The notes under the pieces were generated by a model. The model had not been told where the DNA came from, did no database searches, and saw only the letters and a list, made by a program, of their open reading frames with translations. A stretch of DNA of 64,000 nt from Amoebidium appalachense. Its lineage: Eukaryota > Protista > Ichthyosporea. Below are positions 52,546-64,000 of this stretch, piece after piece (positions within the stretch are counted from its first letter, which is position 1; every line of letters starts with the position of its first letter). The DNA lies in NCBI GenBank assembly GCA_963693365.1, contig CAVNZM010000003.1, positions 10,834,988 to 10,898,987 on the forward strand, in the 5' to 3' direction. The translations under genes and the position numbers were made by a program.

Positions 52546-54420
52546 TGCTGGGTTTGAATAGCCATAGGGGTAGGGGGAGGGGCGGGAGGGAAGGAGAAAT
52601 TGGAACACGAACTACGAGGTATGTTGGTATGTGGGTGGCACACACAGGTGAGGACCAGAGGGGACGGGCGGGTGGGAGGCCGGGGAAGGGGGGTGGGGGC
52701 GGGGGGTGGGAGGGGGGGGGGGAAGGGGGGCGAGGACGGTGGGGTGAGAGGGGGGGGGGAAGGGGGGGGGGGGGGGGGGGGGGGTGTCTAGTGTTCTCTC
52801 ACAAGCGAGGGGAAAATGGCAGCAATTTGCATGCGTTTTGAACGTGCATACTACAGAGGTAAGGGGGAGAGGGGGGGGGGGGGGGGGGGTGATGAGAAGG
52901 GGCAGTGAGGGGTTGCAGAAGGGGGTAGAAAGATCCTTTGGTGAGAGATAGAGTAAGGAGGGAGGGAAGGGGAGGGTTGGAGCGAGGGAGTGAGTGTGTG
53001 TGAATGACAAAAGAGGAGCACGGGGAGTTGGGATCCTGTAAAATGAGAAATGAAAGTGGCTGGTGCCCTACCCCCCGAGCCTCCTGCCCAAGCACACACA
53101 GCAAGCCCATCTCACTCCCTTCCGCTCCTGCCCCACTCGATCCCACCAACCCACCCCTCTCTCCCCCCCACACACACTTCTCTCTCCCTCTCTGTTCTCC
53201 CTCCCTCTCTTTCCCCCTCCCTCCGTACCTCCCTCCGTCCCTCTATCTCTCTCTCCCTCCCTCCCTCCCTCTCTCCCTCCCTCCCTCCCTCCCTCCCTCC
53301 CTCCCTCCCTCCCCCTCTCTCTCTCCCTCCCTTCCCCCCTTCCCTCTCGCTCTCTCTTTTTCTCTCTCTCGCCCTCACTCTCCTTTACCCCTTCTCTGTC
53401 TCTCCTTCTGTCTCTCTCTTGCCCCCCTTCCTTTCTCTCTCCCTCATTCCCCCTCCCTCCTTCCCTCCCCCCACCCCCTCTCCCCCCTCCCCACCCTCCC
53501 CCCCCCCCCCCCCCTCCCCCTCGATCTCTCATGTAGGCATCCAGCATGACCTTTGAAAGTACTAACTCGTTTCCGTTATCACCAACACTGCTACTATTGC
53601 TCCAGCAACATCACCCACGCCACTATCCCCTGCCGTTACCCCCACCGGACATATCGCCTTCAACTTTCCCCTTCCCTCCCGCTCTCTTTCACACATCGAC
53701 ATGGGTGTAACCTCCTCAACCCCTTTCCTCCCCTCCCACCCATGTACCTCGAGCGGTTTTTGCGCCGACATCACCTCCACCACCCACGGATAATTCGTAG
53801 CGGCAGCCTCATCATCCGCTAAGGCCTGACTTAGGAGCACGCTCAGTGCTCGCCCGTCTCCATCCATGCTGCGAATTTTCTACTTCGAGCCTAAAGTTGA
53901 CGTGTGTGTGTGTCCGCATGTACGTGTGCGTGTCTCTCTGTGTGAAGTGTGCGTTTCTGCGTGTGCTGGGTATACGCAAGTGTTTCGAGTGAATGCGTGC
54001 ACGCCTGTTTCTGGGCAAACTTGGTGTAAGAAGAGATAGAAAAACTTGTGACTTCACAAAATTGAACAGCGAGTCTGTGTGTGTGAGACATGCACGCACC
54101 AGGGGGGGTGCGGCATGCCAGGAGCTACTACTAGAGAGAAGGGGGGGTATGATTGGAGGGGGGGTGTTCAGCTAACCTTATATGGATAAAGCAAAGTTAC
54201 AAGGATTCAAGCCATTGGTTGGGCAAGACCCCTTTTGCCGAATATGGATAACAGATCATACACTGCTGTAGGCGGCGGTCAGGAATTGGCGCGCTCTTTA
54301 CTGGTCACAACCAGTCCGGGAAGGCCATGAGCAGCATTGCCGAGCACACTGGAATACGGGAATGTTTGCGGTAACGTAGTCGCACTAGGGGGGCAGGGGG
54401 CCAGGCCCCAAGTGTTTAAA

Positions 54421-55811
54421 ATGAAGCCAGGCTGCCCTAAGGGCACAACACAGCGCCCTGGGCATAAAACAGGCGGAGCTAGGGAGGGAGCTGGGCGCAA
54501 AAAAAAAGATGCTGCATTTGTTCAGCCTTTAGCGAACTTTGCAGGTTTTGGGACGGCAAACAAAGCTGTTTTGCAGGAACTAAACGTAAACGTACAACCC
54601 GAACAGCCCCCTCTATCTAAGGCCGCCGACATAAGGGCCCGTGTAGTTGAGGCAGGTAGCGTCCATTCGTTACCAAGAGAAATGGATCGGGCCCCTGCTC
54701 CACACCCACCAGACATACAGGTGCAACCCGACGAGGAACCTTTGCTAAATGCAGCAGCAGATGCGTACCGGGTAGACGAGGATGAAGGGGAGGAAGAGGG
54801 AGAAGATAATACGGACGGGGATGACGGTGGAGAGGAGTTTTCTGACGCGGCGGGCGAAACAATCAAGTCGCACCTGCACACAGTGAAAGAGAGTCTCAAA
54901 GATGAGAAGACGCCTGTGGGGTGGCATCTTCCACCTCCCATTATAGGCTTTAAATTTGGGGGCGATCCAGCGCCTTTCTACAAACCCAGATGTTTTGCCT
55001 GGCTTCCGGAAAGGTTGTCTCCCGGTTTCATGGTGCCGTGCCCCTTCGATGATCACTACGTGGACCCCCACAACCACCCCAACCCACACCGTACTTCTCG
55101 CAATGGGTTCATGAGCAACCCCGTAGGACGGCGTGTTATCGACTTTGACAGCTGCTACTACATTATCACGGCCCGGTACTTTTGTGACACATGCAAAAAA
55201 AACTTTGCCGGCACAAACCCCCAGACAATTAAACGCCTTCCACTCTTCATGCGTGATCAGTTTCCGGCCTACCTTAGCCACCGCAGTGGGCTCGACCTAA
55301 AGGTGGTAACATTGTTGCGTGCACTGGCAGACAAAGGTGTGGGCCCAAACGCCTTTGCCACCCTCCTCTCGGAGCTCCACAAGCAGCGATACGACGAGCA
55401 GCGGCTCCTGTATTACTCGAGGGCGCTGCAGTGGACCAAGTATGAACTCAAAAAGCGTAACGATTTCCGCCCCCACGACCAGCGCCTGACAGAACTTCCC
55501 CCAGAGGAGCAGGCGGCTAAGTTCTCGGCGTTTGGTGACAAAAATGGTTACGCTGGACATGTGCCTTCAGGCAAGTGTGCACTGCATTTTGGGTGTGTAA
55601 ATGGTCCCCATTGTTTTGTATGCACGTGCTTGGGCATTTTTTGGGTTGGCTTGGTAGGGTTTTGTTTTATTATTTTTTATTTTTTTTTTAGGGGGGGGGG
55701 GGGACTTGGAAATGGGTTTTGGAAGTGTGGTCAATAAGTTTCTATTATGGTGGTGGTGGATGTGTGGTGGTGGATGTGCGCCTGTGAGTGTGCGTGTACT
55801 TGTGGGTCCGT

Positions 55812-55857
<46 letters not shown>

Positions 55858-55934
55858 GGGGGAGGGGGGACATGGTGATGGATTAGGTGGTGGTGGTGGC
55901 AATCAGTCATGGTGGTGGTGGTGGTGGTGGTGGT

Positions 55935-55965
<31 letters not shown>

Positions 55966-56115
55966 GGGCAGAGGGATCATCAGAGGGGTGAAAGCATAAC
56001 GGTCCATGTACCAGTGAGTGTGCTTGGGAAATCGTGGAGAACTGTTATGCCTGAGAATGAGATGGTGGGTGTGCGCATGTGTGTCTGTGTGTGTTGGGGG
56101 AAAGGAGGTGGAGAG

Positions 56116-56163
<48 letters not shown>

Positions 56164-56340
56164 TGGTGGTAGACTGGATCTTGGTGGCGGTACTTAATGG
56201 TTATTATAGTAGTGGCAGGAGGGTGTGGGGGGAAGGGCAAACGGACGTGCAGGGGACAAACTGCAGATGGGGCACAAAGGGGAAAGAAGGTGAAAGTTGG
56301 TGCAATGACTTGGAGGGTTTGCGCGCGCCGGGAGGCGGGG

Positions 56341-56378
<38 letters not shown>

Positions 56379-57073
56379 AACGGCCGGAGATGGGTGTGTA
56401 GCGTTTTTGAGATGGGAAAAGCCATACAGACTTACGAAAATACAGAGAGGTGAGATGAACACGAGGGACTAGAGGGAATGGGGGGGATGGTCCTGATGGG
56501 AGGGTGGTGGAGTTCTAACAGTACTTGGGGTTCAGGCAAATACCTGAGTGCCGTGTATACTGAGTTCAGCGACCGCACGGCAAAGTACCAGAGCCTGGAC
56601 ACGCAGCTCAAGCCCGTAAACAACGTGCTCAAGGCCGACCACACCTTCCAAATTGGGAAGCTCACCGGCATCAATGGGGAGCCTCTGTACCGAGGCCTAT
56701 GGACTTGTGTAAACGAGCTTGGCGGTGTGTGGTCCCTCCTCTTCTCCCCCCTCCCCCCACTCTCCCCCAGGCCCCCTTCCCCCCCTCCCCCCCCCCCCCA
56801 CACACGCCCACCCCCCCCCCCCACACACACACACACACACACGCCCCCCCTCCCCCCCCCTCCCCCCCCCTCCCCCCTCTAGGGCCTTTAAATCTCTTAG
56901 GCTCCACATTTAATGAGGTGGCACACTGTGAGTAGAGGTTTGTAGTATGTGGGTTTTGGGGACAATTCTTGCCCTGTCGAGCAAAAACTAGGAAGCTCCA
57001 GATATGTGTGTATGTGTTTTTGCTGGGTAGAGATTGGGGTGGGCTGGGGTGGAGCTTTCTTTTGGCGGGGAAT

Positions 57074-57140
<67 letters not shown>

Positions 57141-59984
57141 AGCTTCTGCCAAGCAGAATGGGAGTAGGGGCCAGTGATTGCAAGGGATGCAGGGGGGGGG
57201 GGGGGGGGGGGAGAGACACCACCGTCGGGGTTGAAGGTAGAGAGGGCAAGAGGCCCGGGGTGGGGTGGGGGGGGGGGGGGGGGGGACAGTAGGTGCCATA
57301 TGGAGGGCTGTCCCATGGTTTGGGGGGAGGGGGAGTGGGGAAGGATCGTGGGCACATGGGTTTGGGGGGAAGGCAGAGAGGGGGAAAGGATTGTGATCAC
57401 AAGGGTTTAGGGGGAGGAAGGGGGAAGGATTGTAGGTACATGGGTTTAGGGGGAGGGGGGGGGGAAGATTTTGGGGGAAAGGGAGGCCTGGGGAAAGTAT
57501 GTGGGCACATGGGTTTGGGGGGAAGGAGGGGGAAGGGTTTTGGGGGAGAGGGAGGGGAAAGTATGTGGGCACATGGGTTTGGGGGGAGGGAGGGGGAAAG
57601 GATTGTGTGGGCACTGAAGTCTCGTGAAGGGCCATGTGGTAAGGGAAGCTAGAACATGCATGGCTGCTCGGAGATGCCCTCTCACACAGTGCGGCACCCC
57701 AGAGATCCGGGCGCAGGTATTTACACGGGACTGCAGCCACCAGGAGATTGAGCCCGTGATCCAGCGCATCTCTGCCACCACGGCGGCGCTCAACAGCAAG
57801 GGCCCGGCCTTCTTCTACACAGATCGGTGCTGCCAAGACCGGGCGTTTGTTGAGCGCATGTTTCCAACCCTAGCCCGGCCAAAATGCCCCGTCCGTCTGA
57901 ACGAGGCTGCGCTGGTAAGCGTGACGGACGGTCTGCCTGGGCTGGAGCTGCCGGCCAACTACCCTAAGCCGGTGTACACCGACTGCCAGGGGGCGGTGGT
58001 GGCTACAGCGGCCATTCGTGCCGACCTGGAGGGGCAGCAGCACCGCGTGGTGGGGCTGGACTGCGAGTGGGTCTATCGGGTGGGCCAGGCGCGGTCCAAG
58101 GTTTGCACGCTGCAGATTGCCACCGCACGGGCCGTGTACATCTTCCACTTGGCACGCATGGGCCCCAACCACAGCCCGCCCGCGCGGCTGGTGGACGAGC
58201 TGATTGCGCTGCTTAGGGACCCCAGCATCATCAAGGTGGGCAAGCAGATCGGCACGGACTCGGCCCACCTCAACAAGGACTACGGCACCCCTGTGGCCAG
58301 CTATCTGGAGCTGGGCCGGTTCTGCTATGCCCGTGCAGCTATCACCTCTGCGGCCCGGGGCTTGGCCGACATCACTGCCCAGGTCATAGGCAAGAAGCTG
58401 CCCAAGCCGGCACTTGTTCGATGCTCCAACTGGCACGAGCCGCTATCAGAGGTGCAGGCCACCTACGCTGCCCTTGATGCATATGCGTCCCTGCAGGTCT
58501 ACTCGGCCGTGGTCGATAGGCCAAACCTGTCAGGTGTGTATCCCACCTGCTTTTTGCCCCAGTGCTTATGTGCTTATGCCAGATATAGAAAGATTGTGGG
58601 CCCCCCAGAGGGGAGAGGGGAGGGGGGAGGGAGGGGGGGGGGGGGGGGGGGGGGTGGCTGACCACATGGGCCAGTGTTCCAGTTGTGTTATGCTGGGTGT
58701 CGGGTGGCTATCAAAGGAGGGGGTGATTGGTGGTGGTGGTGGTGGTGGTGGGGGGGGGGGGGGGGGGGGGGGGGGGGGGCTATAGCACTGTTAACACGTG
58801 CAAGTGCCACACAAGCTGGGCACTGGGAGAGGGGGGGGGGGGGGGGGGGGGAGGGAGAAGGGGGGGGGGGGGGGGGGGGAAGGGGGTTGCTAAGGAATAT
58901 GCATTTGATTTTTGTGGAGCGAAGAGAAAAACGTTGGTGCTGTGGCTTTTTGGCTGAGTTTTTTGCTTCCCTCTATGACATGCAGCGCGGCTTCATGCAA
59001 AGGCACTCGGTGAAGGGGTTGAGATTGTGCCCCGGCGGGGCCCACATGCTGCAGCAGCCACCGGGGTGGTGCTGGCTGTGCAGCCGGAGCGCTGGGGGGG
59101 CATGAAGGTGGGCAAGAAGCATGCAGTGGTGCGGGCTTTGGCCCAAGACTTCAACAAGGCTGCCTCTGTGGCTGGGGGAATCTACATGAAGGATGCGGCC
59201 TACATCAAGAAGCATTTCGACAAGTGGAAGACCTGGCAGACGGCACATGCACAGCGCTCCACACACGAGGGCCTGGCAGATCACCGCAAGCGTATGCGCG
59301 AGGAGAGGGCAGACGCTGTGCCAGCAACCATACGGCCTGCCCCCTTGCCACCCCCTCCCTGTTCCAGACGGTGTCGATGCAGGGGCGCAGCGTGAGCGGC
59401 CCTTGCCCATGCTAGTGGGCAAAAAGCATCGCAACATTGGCCCTGAGGGGCCCCTGCAGATGGATTTGCCGGTGCCCCCTCCTATGCAGCCACCCCAGAG
59501 AGCCCCCAAGACCTGCAAGACGTGTGGCCGCCAGGGCAAGGGCTGCCCCGGCTCCAATCGGGCCAAGAGCTGCCCACGTTGGGTTGCAGCCAATCAGGAT
59601 GCCATGCCACCAGCACCCGCGCTTGACATGCAGCAGGGCCATGTGCCGCACATGCCCCCTGCACCCCATCCAGGCCCGCACCACCCACATGGCTGGCCCC
59701 CACCGTGGGGCATCATGCCGCCTCAGCCCGGCCCTGCCTTCCCCATGCCTGGGCTACTGCCGCAGCACGGTCCCCATCCTTACTTGGGCCATGTGGGCCA
59801 GCCCTCGGCTGGTGGGCAGTTCCCACCCCCTTCTCGTGCATCTGCTGTGCTGGGCCTGGCGTTGCCACCTGCTGGAGAGACGCAGCTGCAATGGCACAAT
59901 CGAAAGCAAAGTAATCGTGGCCGCAAGTCTGCAGGCAGCCAATCAGGATCTCAGAGTAGTCAGAGTAGCCAAACTAGTGTCTAA
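54421..59984 (+). mobile_element. Zisupton/KDZ-like transposase gene (DUF6729-like region, DDE-type core) with embedded WRN-like DEDDy 3'-5' exonuclease; exons about 54421-55570, 56536-56724, 57703-58533 and 59030-59984; internally deleted
   Basis: FYKPRCFAWLP..CP..GRRVID..Y.C..C..LP..FPAYLSHRSGLD..ELH; LKADHTF..VNELG|EIR; YTDRCCQDR..FPTL; GLDCEW..LQIAT..KVG..D..SNW..YAALDAY; C-terminal CKTCG..CPG..C. Introns 1 and 2 splice in frame. The family name comes from remembered motifs, not from a search. Confidence 0.8.
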
Positions 59985-60403
59985 TATTGGAATGTACACC
60001 AATGTAACGGATCTCATATGTGTTGTAGTGCTTCAAGTTATACCTGTTCTTCGTACAGTCATGTTAGGGGGGAGGGGGGGGGGGGGGGGGGGGGGGGGGG
60101 CTAGCTTTCATTCCGAAGTTTACTGTAAAGAATTAAAATTTAGAATCTGAGTAATAGTACAGAGCCTTTGCACTTTTCTCTGTTTGTTAGGAATTCTTTG
60201 TGATCGAGAGTATGGTGTGTTAGACTATTGGTGTTAATGTGTCCTGGAAGGTGTATAATGTCTGCTGGCCGTAGTCAGTATCTATTTTTAGGTATATAGT
60301 ATATTTTTAAATGTTGGCCGCTGGCCAATAAATAGCAAATAATAAACACACGATAAAGTCAACAGCGTGCCAAAAAACTAATCCCCAGCGAGCGCACCCT
60401 GTG

Positions 60404-60480
<77 letters not shown>

Positions 60481-61813
60481 CGCGCGTGCGTGCGTGTGTG
60501 TGTGTGTGTGTGTGCGTGCGTGCGTGCGTGTGTGCGTGTGTGCGTGTGTGCGTGTGTGCGTGTGTGCGTGTGTGTGTGTGAGTGTGTGTGTGTGTGTGTG
60601 TATGTGTGGTGTGGTGTGTGCGCGGCTTGTACATATGTACGTGTTCATGTGCACCTGTGTCGGACCTACGAAGTACATGAAAGTAAATTTTGACAGCATC
60701 GATCTGCCGGTGTGTATGTGTATGTGTGCCAGTGCAGCAGGTGTGCCTTGTAACTGATAGCTTCGCATTTTACGTGTGTGTATATATAGTAGTACGCATA
60801 GACACTTGCTGATCATTCGGATCGACATTAATATTTAATCTGTCGGTCCTCGGTTTTTTGAGTGAATGATGATCAAGTGTAAGAGCATTCACTTGGCAAG
60901 TATTAATGTTGCAGAGGCTAGCTGCAGCTGCAAGCGTCGGATGCACACTGACAATTGTCTTTTCAGCGAGTCTAACCTGCAGGCAGCAGCTGCACACATA
61001 TAGGGTTGTTATCTTGCGGCACATGCACGGTGATCATTTCAGAGTAATAGAGTTCAGAGCAATGAAAATAATGAAAATAACTAAACTTTGTGACTACTTT
61101 AAAGTTGCTGAGATCATACGTGGTGCAAGCTGCACTATGAACACATGTATAGTGCTAGTAATTAATACATTTTTGTTGCCTTCTGCAGGGTTATCGTAGC
61201 TACGTCACGGCCTGCACTCAGGGGGGGGGGGGAGGGGGGGGGAGAGGGGGGATGATTCGAAGGGGGTATAAATAAGAACATGCACCTAAAGGTCTTTCCC
61301 GTGGATCCTCCCCCCCTCCCCCCCCCCACCTCTCCCCTCCCCCGGGGCCCCATACTATGATATCTAGGCCCAATATTATATGCCCCTTCCCCCCCCCCCC
61401 CCCCCTCCTCTCCGGATCCCCGGACCCCACTTCCCTACCCGGAGGCTCAAGAGCTCCCCCCCTCTCCCCCTCCTCCCCCCCCCCCCCCCCCCAAGGCTTA
61501 CGGGGGCCCTTCTTCATCGAGGGGGAGGGGGTGGGGGTGGGGGGGGGTGGGGGGGGAGGGGGTGGGGGGAGGGAAGTGGAAGGCGGGGGTGGATGCATGT
61601 CAGCCTAGGTGAATTCAATTGTTTAACTCCAGTGTGCAGGACTGGTCTGAAGGCTTAAGAAAACAACGAGGAAATGGGGTCCAGTGGAGGTGGTGGTGGT
61701 GTTCTGTGTGTGTGTGTACACGTGCACGTATGTGTGTGGTTTTTTTAAGGGGTGAGTGGTGGTGGTGGTGGTGGTGGTGGTCACCGTGGTGGTGGTGTGT
61801 GTGTCTGGTGTGT

Positions 61814-61844
<31 letters not shown>

Positions 61845-62892
61845 GGGGGGGGGGGGATAGAAAGAAAAACTGCTCGTGGGTCACTGTTTTTCGTCACTGT
61901 ATTTGTAACGGGCCGCTCATATTTATATAACTACTTTAATTTAAGTACACGTGTTCATTATCATATACGATGGCCAAATATAGAAATTTTGGCGTCGAAG
62001 TTCTTGGAGCTAAAAAAACGTTTAAAAGGGGGAAATAATAGCTTGGCCCCAAATTTACCTTGCCGTTTTTAGCGAATGTATTTTTTATTCATGAGTTCTA
62101 GTGTTTCAGTGAGTGCACGTGCCTGCCTCAGGCTGATCATGACAACTGCAACACACCATTCCTACATGGATATCAACCAAAAGAAAATAGTATATACTGT
62201 GGTGGTCTCCTAAACCTTGTGCGGCATGCGCATACATGATATTACAGTGACGCATGTGCATATTATTGTTCTGTACACCGGAGTGTGCCGGTGCACGTGG
62301 CTGTTTTGTGCACATGTTACAATAGCAGCACGATCTCCCTAAACTCCATGTTTACATATCCCTCACCCTGGCTCTGCCTTGTCGGTGCTCCAAAACACAC
62401 ATACAAATCCCCCTAGACTCAGTGCCTGCACATGGTCGCATTCACGTGCAGGTCACGTGACACATGCGATGCCATACTGCCGTCTACAGCAACAACCACG
62501 GCAGCATGTATACCGGCCCAGCACGAGATATACTTATCGGCAGCCCACTGAACTCGCCCATTTTCTCTTTTTCATGTATGTCCCTCCTTTTTTGTAAAAT
62601 CACCCTTTTTGGCCTCCCGGTAGTGGATTTTGCAGGATTTGACTTCTTTGAGGTCCAAAAACCTCAAATTTTCCCCGGCGGGGCCGGGGAGGGAGAATTC
62701 AAAAATTGCCCGCTCCTGATATGGTACCCGGGCCCATGCACGTGCATGACTGTGACTCACAGTGACTGTCCGACTGTCCCCAGGCTGATCCAATCAGTTC
62801 ACCAGTAATATATCTAAATAAAGAGTTATTAAAAGCTTTACGATTGGTATTTAACGCACCACACTCTAAATCCCCCACAACTCTCTATCCGG

Positions 62893-64000
62893 TGGGGGTT
62901 TACACACTTTTTATTGCGTGGACACTGCCGGAGGCCCAGCCACATTCGACGGCCTACTGCGTTTTCCAGCACAGCCAATCAAATGCAGCCATTGACATAT
63001 GTACATGCTAGGCAACAATGAGCGCCATCGTAGTATCTGACACCCCTATTACATATTATGGGTAAGCAGATGCTAGCATCGGTAGCTCCGAAAGAAAGTT
63101 AAGGCACAGGATCACAATATCATACTGTGCAGCATTAATAAGGTGATCTAGGATAGTCATCTTAAAACGGATATATTGAGGAAGAGAGGAAGAAAAGAGA
63201 ATAAAACCGCCAATAACCTCCGGTTCTAATACATTAGCTAACAGGTTGCATTTATTGATAGATATGCAGCCGCGAGTAAACCGCCCCCCACACATATTAC
63301 ACATACGAGCAGGAGACACCAGAAACCGATTACACCGCCAAGCCATAATCATCTTTGCGTTTTTACACCACACCACATTACGAATAAACGAATCTATGTA
63401 TGAACGAGACTCTCTAACCGTATCCGCCATATAGGCTACTAGTAGTTGGTGTTTTTGCGGTCCTAACACCGGAAGGGACTCAACACGTAGAGTAAAAAGA
63501 TATCTATCAGCCATAGACTTGAAACTATTCATATTCACACTATGATCTAGCCGTACCTCCGGGGGGGTCGCCAGCCATTCCACATAGCGCTCGGCAATGG
63601 GCAGAGACGATGGGGAAGAGAAGAGGTAGAGGGGCGAATCCGGCGGGGATGCGTGTAGCCGGAAGAGCGGGTGGTCCGGGGCACAAGCGGACAGGCGGGT
63701 GATGTGCTCGTGAAATTTAAGGGTTAATTCGTGTACGCGTTGTGATGGTGGTGTGAGTGCGTAGAGAGAATCAAAAAGGCGTCTAGGGATAGGTGTGGAA
63801 AGACCAGTGAGAAACATACAACAAGTTGTGTAATGGAAATCATCTATTGATTTGAGGACATTAGTAACATTGTCAGTATCAGGGGGTGCCATAGCTAGTA
63901 AGGGCAACCCGTATTCCGACAAAGGGCGAATATATGTGCGAAATATACTAAGACGATTGTATAGGTGGACAGTATGAGAAAGAGTAGCAAGATACACATC
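62893..64000 (-). mobile_element. 3' part of a non-LTR retrotransposon: post-RT region (ORF 63056 to window edge) plus 3' UTR
   Basis: RLSIFRTYIRPLSEYGL thumb-type motif, AWR..CNMCGGRFTR..C, TILDHLIN. The 3' UTR has AATAAA and ends TAAACCCCC, and the same end recurs with a TSD at 21486. Confidence 0.85.

Overview
Eukaryotic nuclear DNA, very rich in transposons, with spliceosomal introns and many poly-G/poly-C and (CA)n tracts; most short ORFs in the track are low-complexity noise. 1-19.6 kb is a nest of retroelements: two decayed Copia pieces, then a minus-strand Ngaro-type (split direct repeat, tyrosine-recombinase class) retrotransposon whose recombinase is almost entirely deleted. That element is interrupted by a three-LTR tandem non-coding LTR element and by a gag-deleted Ty3/Gypsy chromovirus, and these two share unusual cis signals. 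19.7-20.8 kb is decayed organelle-derived DNA with tRNA relics, an LSU rRNA piece and two group II intron 3' ends. Next come a 68-bp LINE tail, a MITE, an apparently intact two-exon GT32-type glycosyltransferase gene, and a C2H2 zinc-finger pseudogene with a TRIM insertion. 36-51 kb holds about 10 copies of a repeat that starts at poly-G tracts. Its minus strand folds into a covarying RNA structure that carries the hammerhead core nucleotides in a rearranged order; this is the best novelty candidate. The window ends with an intron-containing Zisupton-like transposase fused to a DEDDy exonuclease and the 3' part of a LINE. All calls come from manual reading; no searches or folding programs were run.
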